The translations under genes and the position numbers were made by a program. From Schmidtea polychroa (Eukaryota): DNA of 64,000 bases. The notes beneath the pieces were generated by a model, which did no database searches, was not told where the DNA came from, and saw only the letters and a program-made list of their open reading frames with translations. This document shows positions 32,957-46,054 of this stretch, in pieces (position 1 is the stretch's first letter; each line of letters starts with the position of its first letter). The stretch is from positions 9,612,001-9,676,000 of the forward strand of contig CM097885.1 in the NCBI GenBank assembly GCA_044892525.1, written 5' to 3'.

Positions 32957-35081
32957 CCGTAATTTCCGGTCTATAAGTCGCGGTTTTTTTCAGACGCTGA
33001 CGGTGCTGCGACTTATATAAAGGAGCGACTTATATAATAAGTTTAATCACGTGCCGTTTCTATAATAAATCTAAATGTAATCAACAATTTGTGACTGTTC
33101 TGTCTTTGATGAACTGATAATTGATGCCGTGGTTATCAAAGGCCCTTTTTGTAATATGATACAATCATAAACCATCACCATCATTATAATATATCTAAGA
33201 CGCCATATAGCCTATTTCGTAAACCAAGCTTACAGGATGTCTAGGCTAGGCGAACTGCCGCCATGTTGGCGTGTCAGTTTAACTGCCGATCTGATTGGTC
33301 ATTTCGGACCCTGGATCCGAAATTTGAGAGCCCATCAAACAAATGTCAGCTTTAATCACCAGATGGCAGTGTATATAAGACCGCTGTAATAGATTTCCTG
33401 TCAAAACAATTTAATTTTTCAAATTAAAATATACCGAAAGTTTAGTGCAAAATGAGTTCCAACAAAACAAGGAAATCGTACACTGCCGAGTTTAAGCTGC
33501 AAACTATCAAATTTGCTGAGGAAAACGGCAATCGAGCGACTAAGCGGCGATTTAATATTAGTGAAAAACTAGTTCGAGATTGGCAAAAATCAAAAGATGC
33601 GCTGTTGCTGACAAAAAGAACCAAGCGGGCGAATCGAGGTCATAAAGCAAGATGGCCAGGACTGGAAAATCAGCTTTCTAAGTTTATTGTGGAGCAGCGA
33701 GCTCAAGGTCGCGGAATATCAACCGTCCAAGTTCGTCTTAAGGCCAAAGAAATAGCGAATGATCTGGGAATTGATGAATTCATTGGTGGACCATCTTGGT
33801 GTTTTCGTTTCATGAAGCGCCAGCAGCTCTGCATCAGATCAAGAACGACCATGTGTCAACAACTGTCTGCTGACTACATCGAAAAAATCCGGAATTTTCG
33901 TGAATTCATTTATTCAAAAGTCGCGAAATATGAAATCATTCCAGATCATATTATCAACATGGATGAAGTTCCACTCACCTTCGATATTCCTCTGGGTCGA
34001 ACTCTCAATAACAAAGGTGAGAAAACGATCAACATAAGAACAACTGGCCACGAGAAATCGCAGTTTACGGTCGTGCTGTCATGCTGGGGTGATGGAAGGA
34101 AGCTTCCTCCAATGATAATCTTCAAAAGGAAAACCATGCCAAAAGAGGCATTTCCCAACAACGTGATCATTCAAACCAACGCAAAGGGATGGATGAATGA
34201 AGAAATGATGAACATATGGTTGGAGAGATGTTTCAAAAAGAGGCCTGACGGATTCTTCAAAACTAAAAAGGCATTGCTCGTAATGGACAGTATGCGAGCT
34301 CACATCACAGAGAACATAAAAACGAAAGTTAAAGGCAACAACTCGATTCCTGTCATTATACCAGGTGGTCTGACGAAGGTGATACAACCTCTGGATATTT
34401 CTGTCAACCGAAGTTTCAAGGTCCATCTGCGTCGTTTGTGGGAAAGATGGATGACCAGCGGTGAACATAGCTTTACGGCAACAGGTCGCATGCGTCATGC
34501 CACTTTTGCGGAAGTGGCCAAATGGGTGGTCGAGGCATGGGATAAATTGAATCCGGCGATTATCACCAGTGGATTCAAGAAAGCGGAAATCTTACTGGCA
34601 GACAATGATGACAACGACGACTCTGATAGCGATGATGATGATGACAACTATGAACTGACTGTACCAGATGAAATTGCTCAATTATTTGAAAGCGATACTG
34701 AAGATGAAGGCTTTAATGGATTTAATGGATTTGCAGACTCTGATTTTTATTGATAAATTTAACTTCATTAATCGACATTTATAACTTAGGCATTTCGTTT
34801 TATTGATATAAATAATTTCTCTATAAATTAAAAAGAAATATTCCACGTTATTAAATACTTGCGCTAAATGATTTTTGTTCTCACCTCTTCTCTTTAGTGT
34901 CTTTAATTAAACTTGGCGACCACCACCGAACAAAGTAAACATTTCCGCAGAGGCATGCTTATTACTGTATAAGTGCGACTTAAATAACGGAGCGACTTAT
35001 ATATTAATTTTTCCAAAATTTTAGCCATTTTTTACAATTGCGACTTATACACAGGAGCGACTTATTACCCGGAAATTACGG
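32957..35081 (+). mobile_element. pogo-family DNA transposon, apparently intact
   Basis: TIRs CCGTAATTTCCGG / CCGGAAATTACGG, TA target duplication, subterminal GCGACTTATA repeats. Confidence 0.95.
33452..34753 (+). CDS. pogo/POGK-like transposase (N-terminal HTH, CENP-B HTH, DDE_1)
   Basis: RKSYTAEFKL, GPSWCFRFMKR, NMDEVP, LVMDS, QPLDISVNRSFK, acidic tail. Confidence 0.95.
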   Translation: MSSNKTRKSYTAEFKLQTIKFAEENGNRATKRRFNISEKLVRDWQKSKDALLLTKRTKRANRGHKARWPGLENQLSKFIVEQRAQGRGISTVQVRLKAKEIANDLGIDEFIGGPSWCFRFMKRQQLCIRSRTTMCQQLSADYIEKIRNFREFIYSKVAKYEIIPDHIINMDEVPLTFDIPLGRTLNNKGEKTINIRTTGHEKSQFTVVLSCWGDGRKLPPMIIFKRKTMPKEAFPNNVIIQTNAKGWMNEEMMNIWLERCFKKRPDGFFKTKKALLVMDSMRAHITENIKTKVKGNNSIPVIIPGGLTKVIQPLDISVNRSFKVHLRRLWERWMTSGEHSFTATGRMRHATFAEVAKWVVEAWDKLNPAIITSGFKKAEILLADNDDNDDSDSDDDDDNYELTVPDEIAQLFESDTEDEGFNGFNGFADSDFY

Positions 35082-35332
35082 TACCTTTTCAGACTCCGAA
35101 AATTGAGAAATCTCAAAATCTTTCACATCTATAACCGGTTGAGGATGTTTCCTATTAATGGGGTTGTTTTATTTACAGAAGAGGATTGAAGCCTAAAAAT
35201 ATTTTAATATGAGAATAATAAATGATATGTAGATTATAGAAACTATTGGCCTCTAGGGTGCTTGTTACTGTAATAAAAAATTTATTTAAAATTTTGTAAA
35301 AATACAAATATTTGAATGAAAATTTTGTTTAG

Positions 35333-35438
35333 AGAAATTATCGAGCAATTACCGAAAACTTTCCTCATTTTAGGTATATTTTATGCTATTATTCAAACAA
35401 TTGGATCTTTTCTGATAAATCTTAAAGAAAAAGATAAG
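35333..35438 (+). CDS. Host MFS transporter exon following a ~20 kb intron
   Basis: AG|EIIEQLPKTFLILGIFYAIIQTIGSFLI|GTTAGT; phase-2 junction CA|A matches the exon ending at 15373. Confidence 0.75.
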
Positions 35439-37575
35439 GTTAGTTTTATTTGCTTTAAAAAATTTTAAAAAAATTACTGTTATTGACTATTCGAGAAAGA
35501 ATGATGATTAGACTTTGAAGTTATTTTTAAACATAAACTGTTGAGGATGTTATAAATAATTAAAATAATAGGGGAAACAAACATAAAATGTAGCGAAACG
35601 TTATTTCCAATCATAAAAAAAAGAAATACGACAAAAGGTTTGAAAACAAGGAAGAAAAAACCCAATAAAATGAGACAATAAAGTGAAAATGGAAAACATG
35701 GTCATTATTAATCAATTAAAACTCAACGAAAAAAAATCAGAAAACAGTTTCAGAAATGTGTTTAAATCACAATTTAAAATATACAATAATTTAAAAATAA
35801 TTTAAAATATATGATAAATGACCTGAAATTCATAATAGATACAAAATTTTAGTTTTAATAAAAATATTATTAATATGAAAAGATTACAATTATTTAAAAA
35901 AAAATTTCACAAAAATGTAATTTTAATAAAAATATATAACTATTAACCCATAATATTTCTATAAAATATATAAAATGTAATAAACCTTAATAATAATAGT
36001 GTACATGTGACCAGAAACAAGAAGAGGTACATTTAGGATATTTATTATAATTGAATCATTCTTTAAAATTCATTATATACAATTTGAATTTGGATTTAAG
36101 TTTAAATTCAGGTTTGAATATGGATTTAAATTTAAAATCTAAAATCTAAAATTAAAATATATAAAAATATATAAAAATTAAAAAAGTTTTTTTATATAAA
36201 ATAAAATATTAAAAATTAAAAAATTAAAAATTAAAATATTGGAAATATTATTTGGGTAATTAAAATAAAATATAAATAAAATATAATTAAACCAATAAAT
36301 TTATTATAAAATATGAAATAAATTTATTTTTCCCCAACAACAATTGTTAAATGCAATAATGATCAAATTCACTTGAAAAAGGCAGTGCGAAAATTCGTGA
36401 AAAACATCGATATATTACTGATTTATAGTCTTCAAGCTCTCTTTTTAATAAATTAAAATTTATAAATTTTATAATTATAGATATTAACAGTTAGATAGTA
36501 ATAGTTAACGTTATAAAATAAGTGGGAAAAAAATTCGAAAAATTACAAAGGAAAATCGGGAATATAAAGGACTATGGGGAATTTATTATATGCGTGACCA
36601 TGCAAAATAGCCCAGACAAAATATTTATTACTGAAACAAAGATTATTGGAATTGTAAACATTTATTAATGATACAAAAAATTAAATGATAAGATTTTATG
36701 TTTATTGAACATTTTTAATTTAGATTCCTAGTAACCAAAATACTCTTATCCCCCGATTTTCACGGTATATACTTTCTTTAGGAACCCAGCGTAAATAGAA
36801 ACCGCGTAAAAAGGCAAGGAATTAAAAAAATATAAATTTGGTTCCATCATATAAAAAATTGCGAAAATGAACTCTTTGATTTCATATTAAATTTGAAAAT
36901 TCGTTCCAAAAAATTCGCGTAAAATAGATTTACAGTATTAAACATATTTATTCATAATTAAATTTTCAAAATTGTAGTAGTTACATGTAGTAGTTACATG
37001 TTTGACTATATGCAAGAAAGTTATTGTTACCGTTTCCATCATCGTATTCAGTGGAATGTTGATTTAAAGTGATAAAGGGAAACCGCGCTAAAAAGTACCG
37101 TGTAAACCAGGCGATGAGTGTATTACAAATAATCTATCAAAACGCAGTCAAAATTGTGTTTTTTTTGTTACTTAAATCTACAAAATTTGAATAATTATAC
37201 TTTTAATTGTTTGTCTTCTTTAATTCAGGTAGAAAGAAAACATGAAAATTTAATTTCATCAGTAAGTTGGATAGCGACTAAGTAAGCTTTTTTGTATAAA
37301 TTTATATATTTTATATTCATTTTTATTATTGGCCATCATGAAAATAAAATATTAACAAGACATATTCTTTAAAAAACAGTTTTTTATGTTTTAAATTCAT
37401 TGTTTTTAAATTTTAAAAAATTATTATTTTAATCAAAATTTCTACCTATCGAAAATTTACATGTATTTTTTACTATGTGTTGTGATTGTTGACAATTCAC
37501 ATAGCTTTTATTTCGTTAATAAATGTTTACAATTTTCCAAGCAACGTTAAAATTCATTACATAGGTAAGTCTGTA

Positions 37576-38415
37576 TGTTTACGTCTAAGACACATCAGAA
37601 GAATTGCTTTGTAATTAATCGCATCACACGCTTTATTTGTACAAAATCATTGTTTGTTAAACCGTTTAACGTGTCCAATAACTTAAGATTGAGCCATGAT
37701 TGAATTTGAAACATTGGATAATTGTTCAACACTTCGGCTAATAACAATTGGAGTTGTGTTGATCTTTTTAAGAGCTCGATTGAATAGAATATCATATTCA
37801 TAAGTTAGCAAGTTTATCTTTTAATCGCTCATGTCATAAATGGTTTCAGATAATTTACGAATATTTTTAAACCTTTGGGGAAATTTCATAAACATATCTT
37901 GGAGTTCCTCTTCTGTCATTTCATGATTTACAAAAATTAAATCGTTGATTTCCAATCGTTTTGAAAAACTTCCATTAATAATTTGCAACGATCTTGCTGA
38001 ACCACTATCACATGGACAAGTTTCACTGCTGAAAGACATCTCTTCGCCATATTGCTCATTGAAATACGACATATCAAACATTCATTATCTTCCATATTTC
38101 ACTAAGGCCGAAAATTCAAATCAAAATTATAAATCAATTCTTCAAAATCACAATTCCAGAAAACATAACTCCAACAATCAATTTCTGGAAAACACAAAGC
38201 CACAAGGCAAAATTCAAAATCAATCAAATCTCAGAAAACCAAATTCTTTCTAAAACAAAACCGTCCAAAAATATTCAAGATTTTTAAACCAAAATTCCAA
38301 ATCGATGAACAAGAAAAATAATAATATTCACAATTGTCCGCGTCTGTGTGCGCACACGAAAGCCTCCAAAAACCAGTACAAAGCGCACACAGACGCGAGA
38401 ATCGACAATTAATTA
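37576..38415 (-). mobile_element. Probable solo LTR related to the 50.5-55.3 kb element, with different cargo
   Basis: 840 bp; starts TGTT; flanked by CTGTA; same CGCGTCTGTGTG..CACACAGACGCG hairpin and A/C-rich tract in the same layout. Confidence 0.6.
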
Positions 38416-39797
38416 CTGTATGTTTCCATAATACAAACTAGTTTTTTATATTATAAGACATTTTATTCCATAATTAAGTGAATGAAAAACAATGAATGAG
38501 TAATATGCGTTAGGGTTGTAAAATTGAAATAATTTTAAAGGGTTATAATTTCCAGCAAAGTGAAATATCATGGAAACAGTCAACAAACATTGTATGATTA
38601 GAATTGAATGGCGTAGAATGTGAAATTACAGAATATTAATAGATTATCAAATTTGAATCTGAAAAACGGGCAGGGCCGGATTAAAGTGAAGAGAGGCTCT
38701 AGCACATAAGGGCGGCAGACAAGACATTTTTTGGATCCCTTTTTAAGCTCAATTGAATCTGATTATTACAAAAGTTGAATACATGAATCGCTGTAAATTC
38801 ATATGAAACAATTAAAAATATTATGTCTACAGTATATGAAATTTATTTATGAGTTACATTTTTACTTACTTGAAGGATAATGAACATATATAGGCTTAGT
38901 ATCCTCCTGAGGTTAAGACATGCAAACTGACTTATAATTTGAAGGTCTATTTGGTGCTACTTTGAACTGCTGCCAATAAAGTTTTATTTTTTGAACAATA
39001 GTCGTAGTAATATTTATATCATAATTATTATTGTGATTTATGATAAAAGTAGTGAATAGTAAGGACTCCAGGACACTTTCAAGGTCATCCCAATGTCCAG
39101 ATCAAATATAGGTCAATCGAATCATTTATTTTTTAAATTAACATTTTATTTAATTACTTCTTTTTAATTTTTTTTTTTTTTTTTTTTTCATTTTAATTTT
39201 ATTAATTAATTATTTTATTATGTTTTATTTTAATTTATTACATTTAATTAATTTATTAGTTTACTAATATTTTATTTTAATTACTTACGCTATTTAATTA
39301 TTATTATTATTATTATTATTTTTTTTTTATTTTATTTTTTTTTTTTTAATTAATTTATTTATTTTTTAATTTTATTTAATTACTTCTATTTATTTTTTTT
39401 TATTTATTATTATTATTTTTTTATTTATTTTTTTTTTATTTTTTTATTTTTTTAATTTTACATTTACATTATATTCTAACAAGAGGTAAATTATAACGAT
39501 AATATTTCAATTTGAATAAAATTTTAATTAGTAATTATTTAATTTGAATAAATTTTAATTAGAAATTATTTAATTTATTATAAAATAAAACGCTGAGTTA
39601 ATTTTAGATAAACTGGATATTAATATTTCGGAAAAAATAAATAAATAAATAAAATAAACACAAAAATAATATTTCTTACTTGAAACTAATTATCTAAATT
39701 AATTGGACAAATGAATAATTAAATGATAAAACACATTTTAATTAACTAAGTCAAACAATTCACAATATATATTTTATTATTCACATAAATTTAATTG

Positions 39798-42660
39798 TTA
39801 AAGTGCTTGTTTCGATTTGCATTCATTTCTAGACATAGCAGTTGCAATATGCATTTGGCGAATCTTATAGTGACCGTAGGCATAACTTTCATTACAATTG
39901 TACCAATACCTTTTATCGTCCAAACATTGGAGAGCTCGTTTTTCTGTCATGAAAGTATACAACTGATGATTGACACTTCCTATTCTTTTTTGTGGGATGC
40001 TCACTGTTCCACCATCAGTATACACTTTTTTATAGGCTTCATGTGTAAGATTAGAGTTTGTAAGTCTTATTCCTTTGGCTTTTAGAGTGTTTTTATCGCC
40101 TTGGAGTGAGTAGCACTTGGGTCGAAGAAACACCCATTCTTTATATTGATTTCCTTTATTCTCATCCTTGAATTTCCCGATTACCGAACAAATTTTATCT
40201 GAGAACAATGGATCAGTCACTGGATAATTTGAAGTATCTAGGAGCCCATCGGCAATCATTTTTGGATATAGTTGTAAGCGTAAATCTACATTTTTACACT
40301 CTAAAAAGAAGGAATCTGTGTCACCGGCTACGATATTAATTTGACAATTGAATTCTTCTCTATAACTCTGTAGTTCTTTATATTGAAACTGGTACATGCG
40401 AAGTTTGGATAAATCAAGTACGGTTTGTCCAATATACATTGGTCTATCTAAACACACAATTTCCTTATTGAGTATAACAGCAATGAGATCATCCGCAATC
40501 TTGATGCTACGACGAAACATAGGATTACTACAATAAGTTATCAATCTTTTGCTTTTGCTGCATAATCTCAAATTTATACGTTTCTTCAAGTTTTCCACAG
40601 TTTTACCGTATAAACTATTGTTCTTTAACTTATAATAATCTCGCTGAAACGAATCTGTACTAGCTGCTCTCATTTTGGTATTGTAATCAATATAGCCTTT
40701 GAAAATAGCCACTTGCTTGAATTCTACAGCACGATTAACTTTTGTGACTTTTGCGCCGTAACTCAACCACTCTGTCAAAACTCTACTATTAACTACATAG
40801 TTTTTCTTAGGCTCATGAGTTAACAACAGCTTTTCAACTTTACTACCAGGTGGATAACAAAGCTCAGGAGCTATAGGTAAATCATCTAGTTTATCTTGTA
40901 TACTATCAGGAATGACGATGTCAACCTCTAGAACATATCCAAGATCTCCATCAAACTTATCCCCATTTGCACATCTTTCAACAATACCATTCATTTCAGT
41001 CTGATCATTTATCCATCTAAATTTACCAACAGGAAGTTTTTGCGACAGCGCTCATCCATATAAATTATTAACATCTAGGTATGACATTTGTGTTGATTCA
41101 TCAGCTTCAACATGATGTTTGTTGATAAATGTCATTCCACCACGAATACCAGCTTCAAATAAACGGTAAAGCTCTGGATCTTGAATAAGTTCTACTGGTT
41201 CAGGTAACTGTTTAATAGCTGATGCCCAACTTAATCCGGGTATGGAAACAAACGATAGAGCCTCAAGTCCATCTTCGTCAAATGTTTTTTCTCTGAAAGC
41301 TTCAAAAACATCGGCCAACAGAAAAACATCCAACTTGAGATATACTAGCATGTAATCTAGCAGTGTCTCACAGTTGTATTGTCGCCAGATTCGATTTGCA
41401 TGTATATAATCTTCTTGACTAACTCCCTCCCAAATAGGTGGTAATTCTGTTATTGAATGTAAAACATCCATTGATGTAGCCATATCATAAGGAAATATGC
41501 CTTTACCAGTTATTAAATGCGAATTGAAAATCTTTGAAGTAAGTGGAAGATGTGGCAAGTTTTTTGATAAATTTGCCAAGCTGCTATTTAAAAATTGTAA
41601 AGAATCAATGAATCTAATTCTTCTGCCTTTCGATGTCGCTGTAAGTGTGAGAAACTTTTCTGTTGATTGAGGAATAACAATTAAATTCCAATCGGGGAAT
41701 TTTCCAATTGCATATTTTAATATATGATGAATGTCATATCCACGAAGATTATGAAATACAACAGGTAAAGACGGATTGATTCTTCTAGCCAAATTACAAT
41801 CTTGACACGGTGCTCCGAGATATTGACCGGTAAAATGATCATGATCCCGAACAGGTATATTGATAATCTTTTTACAAAGGTAGCAATGAGTTTGATTCGT
41901 AAATTCTTCCTGCTGTTCCCAAGTGAGTTCCATCATTTCCTTCGATCCATTAATTTTATACCACGGATAAACTATGTCTGTAGCTATATCATCCAATGCT
42001 TGTATAAACTGAATGATACAGTTTTTCCCAACAAATGTTTCATTTCGAATCGGACAACCTTGATGAAGAAGCACAAATTCAGATGCAATCGGCTCATGTT
42101 TTTGGAAGTGCTTGTCATCTAGAGGTAATATTGATTCAAAGTCCGCGTAGACAACAAACTGCTGTTTTATAGTTTTACTCCAGTCTTTAAATTCGCTATA
42201 TTTATTCTCTGGCATTGAGTATAGAGTCGTCCGCTCCACATTCTTCCTACAAAGACCTATATGTCTTTCAAAAGCAGGACGTTTTTGAAACCCATGAAGA
42301 CACGTATGACACCAATGTGATTGGATTCTGACTCCTTCTACTCTATCTCTGTAATTGAGCAGTCGATCGAGATTAGTTACAGCCAAAAAATGATAATTTA
42401 ATTCTAAAATTTAGTTAAAATTTTTAATGATTAAAGGAAATATTACCTTCTTCAATCAATAAGAGATATAATTGAGATCCCGTCGAAGTACTTCTATATA
42501 CCAAGTCAACGAACGGATTCTTGAAAATATCATTAGTTTTTTGTTTAATTGGATCTTTATTATATTTGAGAACATTGGTCGCTAGATTTGGATTCATTGC
42601 TTCAAATTGGCAAATGTTAACCAACTTCATTGGAAACCAATCTGATTTCCATTTTAACTC

Positions 42661-42722
<62 letters not shown>

Positions 42723-43767
42723 GAATGATATAAATATATATTACCACTTAAATTATATTTCATTATTCTTTCTCTGTGATGTTTTATGTCATCATAATGT
42801 AATACGGCCAGTATGCTATATAAAAAGCAGAATTGATCATTATTTTGAACATTAACTAAAGCCTGACAGTTTTTCAGGTAATTTGGCGTTTTAATGTAAC
42901 TTGAACCTAAGTAAATATCTTGATTTATATATATAATAATGTAAATAAACTTACCAGATACATGTATTATGTCTGATAATTTAGTTAAAATCATAGTAAC
43001 TTCTAATATTTTATGAATTCTCCACCCACTACTTTGTTGAGTGTATTTCTCCAACTTTTCTTTTAATTTTTCAATTCCATCATTAATAAATGAAGATGAC
43101 ATTGTAATTGCTTTATTCGACAAACACCATTTTTTAATTTCACCATCCTCTTTGATAAACTCTGCGCAAAGTCCAAATTGGATTTTTACTGTCCCCATTC
43201 GTTGAATATGATCTTCTATTTCTTTGATGAGACAATCTGGAACAACAATGTCAGGAGAATTAATTGCAGATACATCGCTTGTCAATTCAACACGAGAACC
43301 ATTTAAGTCAGACTCCCGACGTGGACACAATTGTATGTTAGAGTCTCCATTTCCGTAAAATATTGACTTTCGTTTTGTGGTGCCAGAGTTTTGTCTAACT
43401 ATATTTATAATTAATATTAAACAACTTAAATAACATAACTTGTAACATATTCTTTAATCTGCTTAGGATCGTATGATGTATTCATTTTCGGTTGTACTAT
43501 AAAAAATTAATAATTGTTAATAGTAGAAAGAGTATTACTTTTAGTGATCATCCTGCTCTTCGTTTCTTCGAATCTTCTAAGATGGTGTCCGTGTTGTCGT
43601 ACAAACATTAACCACCTACCTGGTGATATAATGAGACATTCCGGACATATGTAACCCGATAAGGTAGAGTCATTTATCTTGAAATATGATGATGTAACTG
43701 ATTTACAGTTCTCCACACCTTCATGACTTTCGGCAATACAAAATTTATATAAACTGCATCCGTTCAC
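39798..43767 (-). pseudogene. polB: Second-family Polinton pPolB, intron-containing, with one nonsense codon
   Basis: Colinear with pPolB of the first element; introns 42404-42446, 42660-42744, 42907-42954 and others near 43.4-43.8 kb; DVNNLYG*ALSQKLP stop at 41052-41054. Confidence 0.9.
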
Positions 43768-44564
43768 TAAAAGAAAATAATCAATAATATTAGATAGAGA
43801 ATAAAAAATTATTCACTTATATAAGTTAAATTAAAAGTTTAAATGACAAACATTTGAAAAGTTACTGCTTATATATTACACATGATTAAATTCTGACCAA
43901 TCAAAATGAAGGAAGGGGTAGGAAAAATAAATATATATATATTCTGACCAATCAAAATCAAGGAAGGGGTAGGAAAAATAAATGCATTACGTTGCAGTAT
44001 TTTAAAACTTCAATATATTTTAAAACACATTTTGATGCTAAAGTTGACTTATTTAACATTTTTCATAATAATTTAATAAAAAATAATGTGATGAACCCAC
44101 AAAGTAATATCATTTTTCATCAAATTGCAAAACAGTAATAACGTTTTCATAAAATTGTAACAAAGTAATAACATATTTCAGATAAATTTTCAACAGTTGT
44201 AAAATATTTAAGCAAATTGTAACAAGATTAGAAAATATTACAATAAAGTAGTAACATATTTCAGAGAATTTCATCAAAGTTGTAAAATATTTATCAAATT
44301 GTAACTAAAATAATAAAAATATTGCAACAAAGTAATAAAATAATGATGTTAAATGGGACAAATCAATACATTATTTCGAAGACCGACAACAAATTAAAAA
44401 GAATATTGTAATAAATTGTGAAGTCTTTCAGTAAATTACAACGAAGTAATAACATATTTCAGAAATATTTCACCAGATGTAAAATATTTAAGCAAATTGT
44501 TTTAAGATTATAAAAATAGTGCAACAAAGTAATAAAATAATACAAAATTTTAAACTCTAGATCA

Positions 44565-45410
44565 ATCCATTTTATAGAAAATTAAATTTTATCTCTATAA
44601 TATATGAATAAATATACAAGGAAATTACGTTAACTGTATGAAAAATACAAATTTATCGTAAAAACATGTGTGTATTACACACAACATACGAGACATAATT
44701 TCTAATCAAACTATTTTATAGAAAATTAAATTTTCTCTATATAATATATGAATAAATATCCAAGGAAATTACGTTAACTGTATGAAAAATACAAATTTAT
44801 CGTAAAAACATGTGTGTATTACACACAAAACAAGATACATAATTTCTAATCAATCCATTTTATAGAAAATTAAATTTTATCTATATAATATATGAATAAA
44901 TATCCAAGGAAATTACGTTAACGTATAATAAATACAAATTTATCATAAAAACATGTGTGTGTATTACACACAAAACAAGATACATAATTTCTAATCAATC
45001 CATTTTATAGAAAATTAAATTTTATCTATATATTATATGAATAAAATCCTAAGAAAATTACGTTAACTATATGAAAAATACAAATTTATCGTAAAAACAT
45101 GTGTGTGTATTACACACAACATACGAGACATAATTTCTAATCAAACTATTTTATAGAAAATTAAATTTTATCTATATAATATATGAATAAATATCCAAGG
45201 AAATTACGTTAACGTATAATAAATACAAATTTATCATAAAAACATGTGTGTATTACACACAACATACGAGACATAATTTTTAATCAAGCTATTTTATAGA
45301 AAATTAAATTTTATCTATATAATATATGAATAAAATCCTAAGAAAATTACGTTAACTATATGAAAAATACAAATTTATCGTAAAAACATGTGTGTATTAC
45401 ACACAAAGCG
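44565..45410 (+). repeat. ~120-bp tandem repeat, about 7 copies
   Basis: Unit ttttatagaaaattaaatttta...gaaattacgttaac...catgtgtgtattacacaca. Confidence 0.9.
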
Positions 45411-45605
45411 ACAAACTAAAGTTTTAATTGAGCCATTTTGTAGAGAATTAAATTCTGCCTATACATAGTTACACTTAAATCCCAATTGAACAAAGAGAAA
45501 AGAGAGAGAAAAAACAGTAGAGTAGGGTATCGTGTGGACCCGGGTGAAACCTTTGCATAGATCTCTTCAAGACTTTTCGAATGATGTGAATAAAATATAA
45601 TTAAA

Positions 45606-46036
45606 TTTAAAATACCGCAACGTAATATATTTAATAATTAAAATATAATAAATTTTAAAATACCGCAACGTAATATAAATTTTAAAATACCGCAACGTAA
45701 TATATTTTTAAAATACCACAACGTAATATATTTTTTAAAATACCGCAACGTAATATATACGTCATATGTCTTTGTAGTAGGGTATTGTGTGGACCCGGGA
45801 ACAAAGACATATGACGTCATCGATGAAGTCACAAACACGTATTTTTTTTTAATTTTTTAAAAATTTTTTTTTAAAATTTTTTTTTTAAAATTTTTTTTTC
45901 AAATTTATATTACGTTGCGGTATTTTAAAAATATATTACGTTGCGGTATTTTAAAAATATATTACGTTGCGGTATTTTAAAAATATATTACGTTGCGGTA
46001 TTTTAAAATTTATATTACGTTGCGGTATTTTAAAAT
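45606..46036. repeat. ~26-bp repeats in two inverted blocks
   Basis: aaaataccgcaacgtaatata (45606-45757) and its reverse complement (45903-46036). Confidence 0.9.
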
Positions 46037-46054
46037 TTATTATATTTTAATTAT

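Noticed and set aside
36741..37122. Degenerate MITE (also hAT-like ends near 11437 and 38671, pogo-like end near 11770)
   Set aside because: TIRs too degenerate or unpaired to support boundaries
41052..41054. TGA as Trp recoding in the second pPolB
   Set aside because: Other Trp codons are TGG and TGA ends neighbouring genes; a single nonsense mutation is simpler
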